A model generated the notes under the pieces. That model made no database searches and was not told the DNA's origin. It was given only the letters and a program-made list of their open reading frames with translations. A DNA stretch of 57,287 nucleotides, counting the filler, from Sphacelaria rigidula (Eukaryota): the NCBI GenBank assembly GCA_964200075.2. It is 6 parts of 6 records of this genome, joined end to end, with 100 filler letters (N's around TTAATTAATTAA, not from the genome) between each part and the next. Parts side by side here need not be neighbours in the genome. Positions count along the whole stretch, not along the records: positions 28,696 to 38,159 come from CAXNAA020008438.1; positions 38,260 to 47,723 come from CAXNAA020008439.1; positions 47,824 to 57,287 come from CAXNAA020008440.1; 3 more parts are not named here. One strand, given 5' to 3'. Shown in pieces: positions 37,798 to 49,858 of this stretch. Position 1 is the first letter of the stretch, and each line of letters begins with the position of its first letter. The position numbers and the translations under genes are program-made.

Positions 37798-38159
37798 TAG
37801 AAAAGCTAACCTCCTTCTTATTTAATCTACTATAACACAGCCCGGACAGAGACAGGAAATAGAGAAGCTAACCCCCCTTTTTATTTAACCCACCATAACA
37901 CAGCCCGGACATAGACATGAAATAGAGAAGCTAACCCTCGTTTTCATTTCACCTACTACAACACAGCCCGGACATAGACAGGAAATAGAGAAGCTAATCC
38001 TTCTTTTTGTTTAACCTACCATAACACAGCCCGGACATAGACAGGAAATACAGAAGCTAACCCTCCTTTTTGTTTAACCTACCATAACACAGCCCGGACA
38101 TGGACATGAAATAGAGAAGCTAACCCTCCTTTTTATTTAACCTACCATAACACAGCCCG
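37798..38159. repeat. Tandem repeat, ~60-bp unit, about 6 copies, running into the contig end
   Basis: Unit approximately agaagctaaccctcctttttatttaacctaccataacacagcccggacatagacaggaaatag; no unique spacers. Confidence 0.92.
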
Positions 38160-38259
38160 NNNNNNNNNNNNNNNNNNNNNNNNNNNNNNNNNNNNNNNNN
38201 NNNTTAATTAATTAANNNNNNNNNNNNNNNNNNNNNNNNNNNNNNNNNNNNNNNNNNNN
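38160..38259. other. Artificial contig-joining spacer
   Basis: N44-TTAATTAATTAA-N44. Confidence 0.97.
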
Positions 38260-39574
38260 GGGAAAAAGAGCGAAAAATTGCCGGTTTTTGGCCGACCTAC
38301 TTTTTTTTTTTTTTTTGACTGCACGCGTCGAGCACCCACGTTGTAGAAAAAGTGTTGTTTATAGCTGAAAAAACGCCAACGAATCCAATAAAAAAATTGA
38401 AAATCAAATCGGACAACGTCAAGGGCTCGTACTAAGATAGGTTCCCAGACTTATGAAACAGAGGAAGTATACACGTACGTGTTTATTTGCATTGTGTATG
38501 GGTCATACTCATTTTGGCCGCCGCGCCCCCGTCGTGTACATCAACAATCAACCCTTAGACCGCGATCCGGGTAGTCCATCTGGCTCACGCATTCTTTCTA
38601 GTGAAATTGATGCCGATTCAGCGGGTGACCTACCCTCGCGGTCAAAAGGTCAAAACAGTGCATCTGAAACCACCGAATGCGGAAGAGTGGGGGTTCAAGT
38701 TTCCGAAGGTGCATTTGTTTTTGTTTTGCCCTGAGAAGCACGTCGTATATGATTTCCGACTTTGAACGCGTGAAAATTTTGGAAGTAAGACCGACCTTTA
38801 TGGCAACGGATCTCGATTTTGTGGAGACCCCGGTTTTGAAGAAATCGGGTGGAAACGTTTTATGGTCACATAGATTTGTGAAATCTTTTTGTGTACCACC
38901 ATTTTATGCATAAGTATGGCATCGCGTGCTCGTGAAACTGAAGAGCAGGCAGGCGGTGAATTATCCTTCGAGTACGAGCTGGGCCAGCTGACAGTAATTT
39001 GCGAATGTATCTGGGCCGGGTGATTGGTAATCCGAAGTGTTGGGCGCTGAAATTTTGACACGATCTTTTTATCATCACTACGCACAACCTTCCCAAGGAT
39101 GCCAAGAAAAGAAGAGAAAAAACACATGAAGTTGGAGCGATTTGAAGTTTCTGCAAAAGCTAGGGAAATGCTGTGAAGTTCGTGAAAATGAAGTAATACG
39201 GAGGCATCCATGGAGTAGTTGTGCGTCCTTGTGTGGAGGAAATGCTAGTGCAATTTCGGCCAACACCCCCAGAAATTTGGCGCAGCATCCGACTTTTCGT
39301 GTGGCACGACTGCGCTCCTCTAATCCAAGTGATGCAGTTGACTCCAGTGATGGAGGTCACGAGTTCGAATCCCGACGGATTCCTTTTTTTTTATTCCGTC
39401 GGTTTGGTGATACATTATGCAGTACATTTTTTCATTTTATTTTCCATTCAGCGGCGGTCCTGTGCGTTACCAAGTTGGTTCGCAGTTTACACCGATACAC
39501 TCAAGTCGGGCTGATTTTGGTAAACTTGATAAGTTATGGTGTGGCATGCAGATGCGGGATTTATTGTGCTGGCC

Positions 39575-40096
39575 CAGCTCGTACAGAGTCGTACTGTGGT
39601 GCCCTAGGGTAATGCAACAGTGCAGGATACTCCATCAGTACAGTACATGATAATGCCGTGTACATGATGGCACCGGCGGTATTGCGAGAATAACGAACGA
39701 ACAGTGCGCGAGAAGAGTTCAGCAGTGCAGTGCCATACATCACCCTGCAAGTACAGCGGCAACAGACTAGGATAGTACAGTCCCGTTCGTTATGGTGGTA
39801 CATATGGCAGCGCAGTGCGGCATAAAATATGGACGCCCTGCGCTATCACAAGACTGTCTTCTGCTGCTGTTGAAAAAATATCAAACGTCTCTTACTCTTC
39901 ACCATATAGTACATCAATGTACGTATGTCACCTCCTCAAAGTCGGAGGAACCTCAGCTTTCCCCCGACTTTCTGCAAAAATTCGGGGGAAAGGATCTAAA
40001 ATCGTGACACCCCAGTTTGGCCCAGATCGGGGTCCATAAACTGCGTTCCTCGACTTTCTTCCCCCCGATCTGCGTAAAAATCGAGATTGGTGACTG
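39575..40096 (-). repeat. Second copy of the CAGTCACC-terminated dispersed repeat
   Basis: Reverse complement aligns with 25123-25712. Confidence 0.7.
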
Positions 40097-40679
40097 GTAT
40101 GAAGGATGGTCTAACGGAGATTGTGTTTGACGGGAGTCGACGTGGTCCAGGGGAGCGTTGATCCACACCCGCAATACTCGCACGAAAATGTAAGACACAA
40201 AGTGGGGGAGAAGGGGGGTTGATCCCTCGAGAGCACTGATTAGGATATCGTCTCGAGAAACCGGAGATGTTGAAGGTGTGACGGGAAAGGAATGAGAAAG
40301 AAGCCAAAATGAAACATCGCCGGCCTTGTGGGTGAACCGGTCTCACGTCTTGGGGGTGATTTCGCCTATAGAAAATATGCTGTGATCGAATGAAGGACGT
40401 TGTGACGAGTCACTAACATTTCACTTGATAGCTTGCTGCCTTGCTGGGATTGTCCATCACTGTACTGAATGCATTGAACACAAAAAGTCTTGTCCGGGCG
40501 CCTTCCGTGAAATATGTAATCCCGACAATGATGTTGGAATTTTCGTTTTCCAAGTTTTGTGTCGTCTGATAACGTGAGTGAGGGATTCGGTGAAGAAGGT
40601 AAACGGAGACCGAATATGATAGATGGAAGGTCGATGAGTAGTTTACTCCAGTAGCGCTAATCCAGGGCTTGGTGGTGCC

Positions 40680-40750
<71 letters not shown>
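40680..40750. repeat. (AGT)n microsatellite
   Basis: More than 20 perfect trinucleotide units. Confidence 0.95.
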
Positions 40751-41169
40751 GTGCAAAGAAATAAATGAGCTACGTAGTCCCTCGAAGTAGGAGATCGTCT
40801 TGAAGGAGGGGAATTGCACTTGGTAAGTTGAAATAACGATGTTACAAGAGAAGGCTCAAGACCAAGTGCTTGCGCTTGGGGCTATATTGTTGGTTACGGC
40901 GAGAAGTTTTCTCATGGAGACTGTTCAAGCCTCTTCTTTTCTTGTATACGAGTCGCGGCGTTTTTTCTTGAGCTCACTAAAGAGGGGTGAAACAAACTTT
41001 CATCAGAGTACTCGGCCAGGGGGGCAAATAGCGTACACGCATTCATCATCTCGTTTTCTCCCGCTTTGGTTCGTTTCACGTCATGATCCACTACCTCTTC
41101 TCGTTCAAATCACGTTTCTGTTCCGTTTTGTGTGGACGTGTGTGCGTTTGCGTGATGATGAATGGGCAG

Positions 41170-42556
41170 GGAGATGCTCGTGGGGGCAGACCGTTGTTTG
41201 GGCGACGTGGTGTCGGAGATGCTGACTACCATCGAGGACAGCGAGGATCCACACGAAGAGGCACACGCGCACCTCGTCACGCTCTTTCCGCAGTTCGCGC
41301 ACATGTTCTCAGAGATCAAGGAGGTACAAAATGCTCGTACGAATTCCGAATGTTGCAAAGATCTTTGCGACAGAGTAGTGTTGTGCGCGTGCTTCAGTGT
41401 CCCTCAGGGCTCGTAGTATTCCGTACTGTACTTCGTACTATCTGGAGTGCTCACCCTTCGACATACTCGGTGCACTCAATAAAATACGCAGTGCTCCGTG
41501 TACCCGCTGTGCGGACTCCCCGAAATACTGGGTATTCAGCAGCACCCAGAGTGCGGCATCCCCGAAAAATACGGGATATTCGAGGATGCCCCGAGTAGCG
41601 ATACCCCCTAAACGTGTTCGTACTCGTACCCGTACTCGGGTCTTATCCTAGGACCTTTGGATGGTTGCACACCCAAAACACGGCGAAGCACACCACGAAG
41701 ACTTGAAAAATGTCTAGCTCGTGCAGTGGTGTACAAGCTGACCACTGGGTGTGATTTTATCGTCCAGCGGTCATTCCGGCGTTGCAGGGTTTGGTGGGGT
41801 TACTAGTTCCACGGTCATACCTGTTACCTATGTGAACGTGTAGGCCGGTGCAATTTGTGTCCACTGTTTCGGTGTATCCTCCAGTTCAGACCGCCCACAT
41901 ACATGACATGGATCAGACCATCTGTCTTAATGTATTTTAAGAGACGTTTCGAATTGTTCGATCGCCAATCTTTTTCGTATCTTGAAACCATGCGTGACAA
42001 TCGAAAGTCAAGAAGATCGAATGCGTTATGTGGGACCCGTCCTCTCACACGTCTTTTGTAATGCAATGTTCTGTACTGTTCTCGTAGTGTGTAGAGAGAG
42101 CGTTTCGCTCGAACGTACTCGACCAGCATGGCAGCTACTATTTTTTGCAGTAGCTTGGCAACTGTCGTTCGAGTCCCCCACTTCCTCCTCCGTCCTCGTT
42201 TCCTGTACCAACCAACCCTCAGGCGGACGCTGAGTTCGCTCGTCAGTGCTTGCACCAGTATAAGGGAACACTAAGGGGGCCGCCTAACCACCGTACCCCA
42301 CAGCAGGGGGGCTTGCTGCGCACGGCTCTGGAGTTTCTGAGCGAACAGGGAGGCGTTGACGACCCGGGGATAGGGGATGATATCGACGATGGCGATAGGA
42401 CGGTAGATGGGAGTGATGTTGGAGTCGTTGGAGAGGAAGAGGAGGTGGGAGAAGAGCACCAACCTGAGCGGATTTTCGGGGTTGGCGCGAGGAGTTCGAT
42501 CGGTAGCGACGACGTCGACGACGACGATGAAAATGACGACGATGACGACGACGATG

Positions 42557-42589
<33 letters not shown>

Positions 42590-42651
42590 GGGAGGAAGAG
42601 GAAGATGAGGATGATGATGGTGATTTTAGCTTGCACAGCAACAGTTCTTGA
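41170..42651 (+). CDS. Last two exons of a gene for an unknown protein with a highly acidic (poly-D/E) C-terminal tail
   Basis: Exon 41170-41323 (EMLVGADRCLGDVVSEML...SEIKE, gag|gtacaa) joins in phase 0 to exon 42247-42651 (CLHQYKGTL...DDDD...HSNSS-TGA). It is followed by a (CT)n-containing 3' region. Upstream exons not confidently placed. Confidence 0.6.
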
Positions 42652-42724
42652 CAATGAGTGAGTTTCGATTGATTGGTTGGTTGATTGATCGACCGTTTCG
42701 TTTTGTTTGCAGAAGTTTCTCCGG

Positions 42725-42771
<47 letters not shown>

Positions 42772-45700
42772 GCCCTCACTATTCCATTGTTTTCGTTCAA
42801 CGATGTCCGTCTTCTATTTGTACCGGTCGACCGCGTCGGGTATCGGGCAAGCACATCTTGCGTGCGTGCGTGTGTGTGCGTGACTGAACTGTTGAGGGCG
42901 GTGACGTGGAGGTGAGGGATGGGGGAGGGGGTGTCAGGTATGAGTTGCGACACGCTCAGGGATGAAGAAATAGCCGATTTCTGGGCAACTGAGGGGAACT
43001 GGCTACGTGCATGAGAGGGAGTTTGGTCATGGAATCTTTTCGAGCGGCAGATGTGATGGATTATGTCAAGGATGAAGAGCGCTAGTCATGAAGAGCGCTA
43101 GTCCCTTTGGTATGGCGAACGACGGAAGCCGGGTCACGGTCTGGGTCTCATAAACTGTGTAAGAAAGGTTGGGTTTTCGCAGGCGGCGCATGGCGGAGGG
43201 GGGGAAGGATGCCTTCGCACCGGGCAAGGGTTAGTTTCCATCACTGCTGGTGAGTAGTCCATCCAGGAAATGTCCCCAGCGTCTGCAGAAGTGCGGGTGA
43301 ACCTAAGACCAACAGTATGACAATAATCGGGATCCGATAAAGCCGGTTGCTACGGTAAGCGGTGTGCCGTTTTGAAGGCGTGTTTTGTTTTTTCGAAGCC
43401 CTCCATTCATACACAATGCGGCCTTGTGTGTCCCTCTCTATCTACATCTCTATTTTCCCGTCACGCCTTAGTTTAGCTAGCATTTGACAGTCTAGCTGTG
43501 TGGGGCGTGCCGATCATGGAAGATGATGACGTTTTGCACAACGATTTCGTTTCGGAAACAAGTGGTTTACGGTGTGTATCTGCATATGTGTTTGGTATTT
43601 GTGTCTATTGAGTGTGTATCGCACAACGGCGCTTCGTGTTTAGTGTTGTGGAGCTTGATGTCTGGACAGCACGAGCCACGTGAACCTTGGTCCAAATACA
43701 CACTGGCCTGACTTTTCGAGCATCTGCTGTCATTATCACGGCGAAGGCGGTGTTGATGTTGCTGCGGTGGACATGCGGGGTAACATGCTGGTGTAAGATC
43801 GTTTCTCGGGAAAGTCGGAGTATTATTATTTGTAAGTTGCGCCGCGTGTGTGTGAGAGGGAGAGGCGGCGGGCGAACGGGCGGGCGGGGGGGGGGGGATG
43901 GTCACGACATGTAATGCTGCTTTCATCCAAGCGTGTAGATTAAAAATACGTCGAATACCACAGTGGTTTATTCAATGTTTTTTGGGGTCGGTGTTGTGCG
44001 CTTTCTGGTCATGCTTGTTTGGTATGCAGTGCGTAATAGTGTTGTATGTGTGTCTCGTTGTGTTTCGTTCTGTGTGCGCTGTACCGGCCAAGCCGGGTTG
44101 GGAGTGATGTTTTTGTGTAGTTCGTCTTTGCGGCTTTGCGGCGGGCACGGTACTCCGCGTGCCTGTGTACCGACTCGTTCCCTGTTGCACGACGTGGAAT
44201 GTACAAAGAATACAGATTTGACTATAATATACATGAGCATATTTGACAACTTGTTGCAGGGAAGGCGGGGAGGAGGCAGGGACGAAGGGGGTTCCATGGG
44301 TGGGGAATGAAGTTAAGTTGCAGGAGGACTGATGTAGTGAGTATTGGATGAAGACAAGGTAACACCAAGCTACAAAGTCATGGCCCACAGCTGCACTATC
44401 GGGGGTGATTAGAGCAAAGGTTGTGTGTGTGTTGGTCGCGGGTGCATGACGGGCGTTTTTCTTCATGCCTTTTTTTGTCCCTTTTTTTTCCCCTTGTTTT
44501 AGTGTTGAGGCACGTATACAGAGCATATTATATATAGTTGGTCATCTGTTGAATATTTGTCGTGCGTACATTAAAATATCCCGTATACGTGCCAGTACTG
44601 TACCGTGCAGTGCCGTGCTGTGTTGTACCGTGCCTTGCATTTCATAGTTCGTTGGTTGATCTGTCTTTTCTGCACGTCTGGGCTAGAGGATGACAGGGCT
44701 TGTCTGTTCGCATGAGGAAGAGTTCGCGACGTTCAACTTGTGCGATGTAAACACGGTATTTTACGAATGTGTTGATGTGTTGTGAGGGGGGAGGGATGTT
44801 TTCATGATCTTGCATGCCGTAGTCATATGACCACTGACCTCGCATCCCTACAAGAGGAGGGAGGGGGAAGAGGTTACACCCGCTTGCGCGGAAATGGAAA
44901 GCCCAATTGTGGCACAGCGCGTTGAAGTACTGTGAACCTTGATCGCAGTAGGGAGGGGGAGGGGGGGGGAGGGGGCTGTTCTTGTCTTTGGATTCTTGTT
45001 TATGTAGAATCGTTGCGGGTCTCGCTTTTGGTGTTGGTGATGTTGGTGACGGTGATGTTGTTTCATGTCATTTTTGTTGCGTATCTTTGCCGGTGGTCCT
45101 CATGCTTGTGCTGCTGATGATGATGCGTGTCGCTGACGAGGGCGGATACTTGTAGTGGTACGACTATACTGCTATACTGCTGGTAATACCGAGGGGGAGA
45201 GGGAGAGGAAAGTATAGTACTCGTGGTGGTGTTTTTACCAGCAGTTGTGCCATCTTTCATGCTGTAGTACAAAACGGTAGTAGATTCTGACTAGTAGGTG
45301 CGTACCTGCATTCCGTTTCCTCTGGCCACAAAAGCGCTGGTAATCCAAGATTCAACTATTTTTTGCTCTAGCGTCGCTGCTGTTGTTGAACCGTCGCTGT
45401 TTTGTATATTTTTTTTACAATGTCCATAGAATGGACAATCAGGGGGATTACCGCGGGGCGTCAAGGTGGCGGAGGAGGTATTGTTCTTTCTATGTTTTTT
45501 TTAATTACTTCTCGGTGTTCTCAAGTACTACGTTGTACGGCAGCTTGTACTGTGGAGGTGGGCATAGAGCTTGTTGGCTCGCATAAGTGATGGTTTGACC
45601 AACACCATATGTCGATGAACATACTTAGAGTATACCACCTCCTTTCTGTACCGGCTAATGGTTGATTTTCGGGTTGTGCAGAAGAACAAAGTGGCACGCA

Positions 45701-47378
45701 GTTTTCGGATTCGTCGACACTCTTGGCTGGTCGCCAGGTAAACCGTGGTGAGTAAGGGTTTTCCTACCATGGGTGATGTCATTTCCATAAATATCTCGAG
45801 AGGAAGGAACTCACTGAGGAAAAATATCTTACATATATTTTGTTGAGTAGGTTGAGATTGAGGCGTCACGATATGAATGATGGTCACATGACGCCAGATG
45901 AACGGAAGATTCACCGTACCCGGAAAATAGTGACTGAAGACGAACGTGTCGTCGAACACAATAGTACTAGTACCGCAAGCGGTTAGAACGAATGAATTCG
46001 TGACTCGACTCATATTCATCATTTTAGCGAAAAAATCATGCCATATTCGTAAATCATTTATAATTTATTTAGGTTTTGAACTCGTGACTGGTGCAGTAAG
46101 TACACCGTCGAAGGTACCTGTTTCCTACTTTCCTTTCATACGGGGTAAATCATGGGCACATATTCATCCCCTGTACATGATGTGAAAATTAATCGATTGT
46201 ACAAGATCCCACTCTTGATTTTACAAGGGGTGAACGGCATGTACATGTTTAATATGTGTGATTCGTGCGAAGGCGAAGAGTCGGCACATGATTGAATCCT
46301 CTCATTTCATGGGCCTTGAATCAGGCGTACTTTTTTCCCATCTGTCATGCGGTTGAGGTGGCTGCACTGCATATATTATCCACCGTCGCGTGAATGCGGG
46401 ATTAACAGTCGGCATATGGTTGAATCCTTTAATTTCATGGGGAGTCAACTCGTATAAATCGTGATTTTATCTAACCGTGTTGTATTTGACGAACAGGTGA
46501 AAAAAACGGGGTTGTTTTTTCCCCCCGAAATCGCCGACTCTTGGAGGGGGAAATTATACTTTCTTTCCGAAAACTGTCGGAGCAGATTTCTTAATTAAAC
46601 GGGTCAATCGATAGATCAATTTTTGGACAGCAGACAACAGATTACTCCGAATATATTGCGTCGGATTATTTTTAAGACTTTTTTTCGGACAAGTTGAAAA
46701 CCCCCGGAAAAATCCGAAACACAAAAGTATCGTTAGTAATACCCATGACATGTTCAAAACTGAGCAGTCCGGGGCAAAAGCGTATTGGTGAAGTGAAAAC
46801 GAAGTGAAGACAAGACGGAATTCCCCGATTAGATCGCCGGTACGGTGATGCTAGCACCCCAGCTTTCTCATGGATATTCCCGCTTATGCCCCGACTGAAC
46901 CGAACAAACTGATTCCAACCCTAGAACCTTCACCCCGAAATTGAACTTGTTTACTTGGTGAGTGGTGTCACGGTAAGGGTGCACATGAAAACACTTGTCA
47001 GGTTTGAAATGTTGGGAGCCCGTCACGTCATCCAAGAAACGACTCGATGGGACATGTGACCACACACCGTGACTAGCATCTCAATGGAGTAAGGACATCG
47101 ATAAACAGCGGATCCTGAAAAATGGAGTCCATCTCAAAAATGAGGTTGAAGTGGAATTTCTTTTTGGCAGGGATGACGCGAAACACTCACGACCGAGCGA
47201 AGCCATTATCCCCCCCAAATGTCCGCAGAACTTAAGCAGCTGTGGCTAGGTGCACCTAACGAATGCGGTGTACACGCGTGTCGAGGACGATATCACCAGA
47301 GAGGAAGCCCCTCGCCCGTGTCCTTTGTGTGTCGTCGCTCGGCGATTACCAATCACTCGAGAGACTGGCATCATCGAT

Positions 47379-47723
47379 GTTACCAGCATGTACCCAATTT
47401 TCCATGTGCTAGAACATCGATCGAGGTGCGGAAAGATTCCGTCTCTTCTTGCCTGTGGCCAATGCGAAGATGGATTTCTCTCTTCCTCGCAGCACCGTCC
47501 TTGCGGGCATGTGTATGACAGAGAACAGTAGTAGCGGTGACGGGAGTATTGCCCTGTTTTTCAACATCTGTTTCAGCGCACAGAGGCGCGTGCTGTCCAA
47601 AACGAGGGCCAGAGAGAAATTGATCTTCGCATCAGTGAGGTGCTCAAGCAAGACGAAGAGACGAAATCTCTCCGCAGCTCGGTCTTCAGGCACTACATAG
47701 AAAATTGGGTACATGCTGGTAAC
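47379..47723. repeat. Long imperfect inverted repeat (arms ~110-120 bp)
   Basis: 47379-47489 versus 47603-47723; the outermost 24 bp (gttaccagcatgtacccaattttc) are perfectly complementary and inner parts are diverged. Confidence 0.8.
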
Positions 47724-47823
47724 NNNNNNNNNNNNNNNNNNNNNNNNNNNNNNNNNNNNNNNNNNNNTTAATTAATTAANNNNNNNNNNNNNNNNNNNNN
47801 NNNNNNNNNNNNNNNNNNNNNNN
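47724..47823. other. Artificial contig-joining spacer
   Basis: N44-TTAATTAATTAA-N44. Confidence 0.97.
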
Positions 47824-48555
47824 GGGGGTCAAAAAGTGGCTCAAACGTCCCAAAAGTGAACAATCTATGGGCCAAAATTCTGTGTGCCATAACATCTGGC
47901 CAATGACAAAAAAAATCGGGACCCCGAGTTTCAATGATGAGCTGAAGGCAATAATCAGTATCTAGTTCTCAATTCTCAATAAAATGCGTCAACTCATGAA
48001 AAAAATCTCAGGGTCTCGTTTCTTCATCTTCATTATCCCCTACTATTTCATCCCGAGTATCAAATTTCAAAGCCCACCTCTCAAAATTGAGGTGAGGCGG
48101 GGCCTGCAAAATACAGATTCGCGCCTAGGCTTGATCAGCTCGTGCGAATTTCCTACACATGCTTCCAGCCTCAATACGGATTTTGCACAGCTGTTTTCAG
48201 GCAAATACGGATTTCTCTCAGTCCAGGCAGCAAGCACCCAAGGTATCATTTTCTAGAGAACACAATACAGAGTTCTCACAACTGTTTCCGACCAAGTGCG
48301 GATTTCTCCTAGGTCGGGCAGCACCCGGACATATCTCCATTAATTTTCTATGGATAATACATTAGTTCAACTGCGGTGGGGCGTGGGATAATGGTGAAAT
48401 GCGTAGCACTCCCCTCCCCGTAAAAAAAATAGCTGTTGCCCCTCGTCTTCCCGATTTTCTCCGGTTTGAAGGTGTCGTGGGCACGGGTATGGCTCCCGCA
48501 AAATAAAACATGTCACTGCACAAGGGCGCATGAAAGAAATATTCCCGGACCTACA

Positions 48556-48605
<50 letters not shown>

Positions 48606-49814
48606 TCCCCCACCCCCCCCCNNNNNNNNNNAAAAAAACGTCCCCCCACCAAGGCGCAAAAAAAAAAAATTCCCCACCCCCACCCCCCCCCCCCCCCCCC
48701 CCCCGTCAGCAGCTCCTGATTTGATTTTTTTTCTCAAACGAGACACCTGTTTATCAGCCTTTGAGCGTCAGTTGCTCAGCAAAACGTTGTCGAAACGACG
48801 CGCACGAGCCTTGCGTGGTTCGTTCGTGTGTTTTATTAATAAACTTGGATGGTGTGCAATGGTGTGAGCAGTGTTGAGTGTTGTTTTCGATTAACTTATC
48901 AATAGTTCTTTGATGATTCAAGATGACTCAAGAAAGCAAGTGAAAATGATTACGCCAAATAAATTACGCAGATCCTCCGGCTACACCCCCTCAGCCACAC
49001 TAGTTCGGCCGTTGCAGTGGTTGCTGCGGTCACAGACGGGTGAAGGGTTTGTGATTCGTGGCAACTGTCCCCCTCCCCTGCCTCGATCTTTTGCCCCAAC
49101 TCAATTAACCCGTTTCCGCCCACCGCGTTTTTGACGGTCTCAGCTTTTAGTCTCGCCGCGTTTTTGCGAAAAGTCCTTGGCTCTGCTCAAAGATAATGAC
49201 ATATGTACATAGGTATAGTGCACTCGCTGGGATATTCGTCATCATTTGTGATACACATACCATGCAGTTGGGATTGTTTTCATACCTATTTTAGGATAGG
49301 ACACAATCGGAATAGAAACAAGCGCACGATCTATGTGTATATATTTTGTATATATATAACCTTTGGACCGTCTGTGCGAATTATTTTTCTATCATTCTCA
49401 TATATTTTTGAGTATGGGAAATCGGAACAGAAACAAGTGCACCACCTATGTATATATGTCATAACCTTTGGCTTTGCTTGTTCTGGTGTTAGGATGCCGA
49501 ACTCTTGTCATCTGACTCACTTGGGTTTGCTAGGATTCATGATCAGGTTGCATCAAGCAATGGATCAAGCGGTTGATGTTCGCTTACACAGCGTACTTCA
49601 AGCCCAAAACCAAACCAAGACTCGCCGAGACCGCGACTACTGTTTTGTTTTTCGCTGCTTGTGCTTGGGTGTGCTCTGCAAGTGAAGTGACTCTTCTCCC
49701 CTGTTCAACCCATTCTAAAATCAAGTACCTTGTGGTTGAGCTTGGTTGCATTGAGTATATAGGATTTAGTGTACAACCGGAACCTGCCAGCCCGGACACG
49801 GTCCCAACATTGCC

Positions 49815-49858
<44 letters not shown>

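Noticed and set aside
37798..38159. CRISPR-like array
   Set aside because: Whole units repeat with no unique spacers, there are no cas genes, and the context is eukaryotic.
42243..42953. 236-aa minus-strand Ser-rich ORF and overlapping poly-Ile ORF
   Set aside because: Antisense read-through of the (GAT/GAC)n exon and (CT)n microsatellite.
48557..48703. Poly-Pro/poly-Gly ORFs and long C/G homopolymers (also near 77-103, 22622-22780, 28748-28796, 49816-49855)
   Set aside because: Homopolymer runs, several beside N gaps with degraded flanks; lengths are unreliable and there is no coding support.
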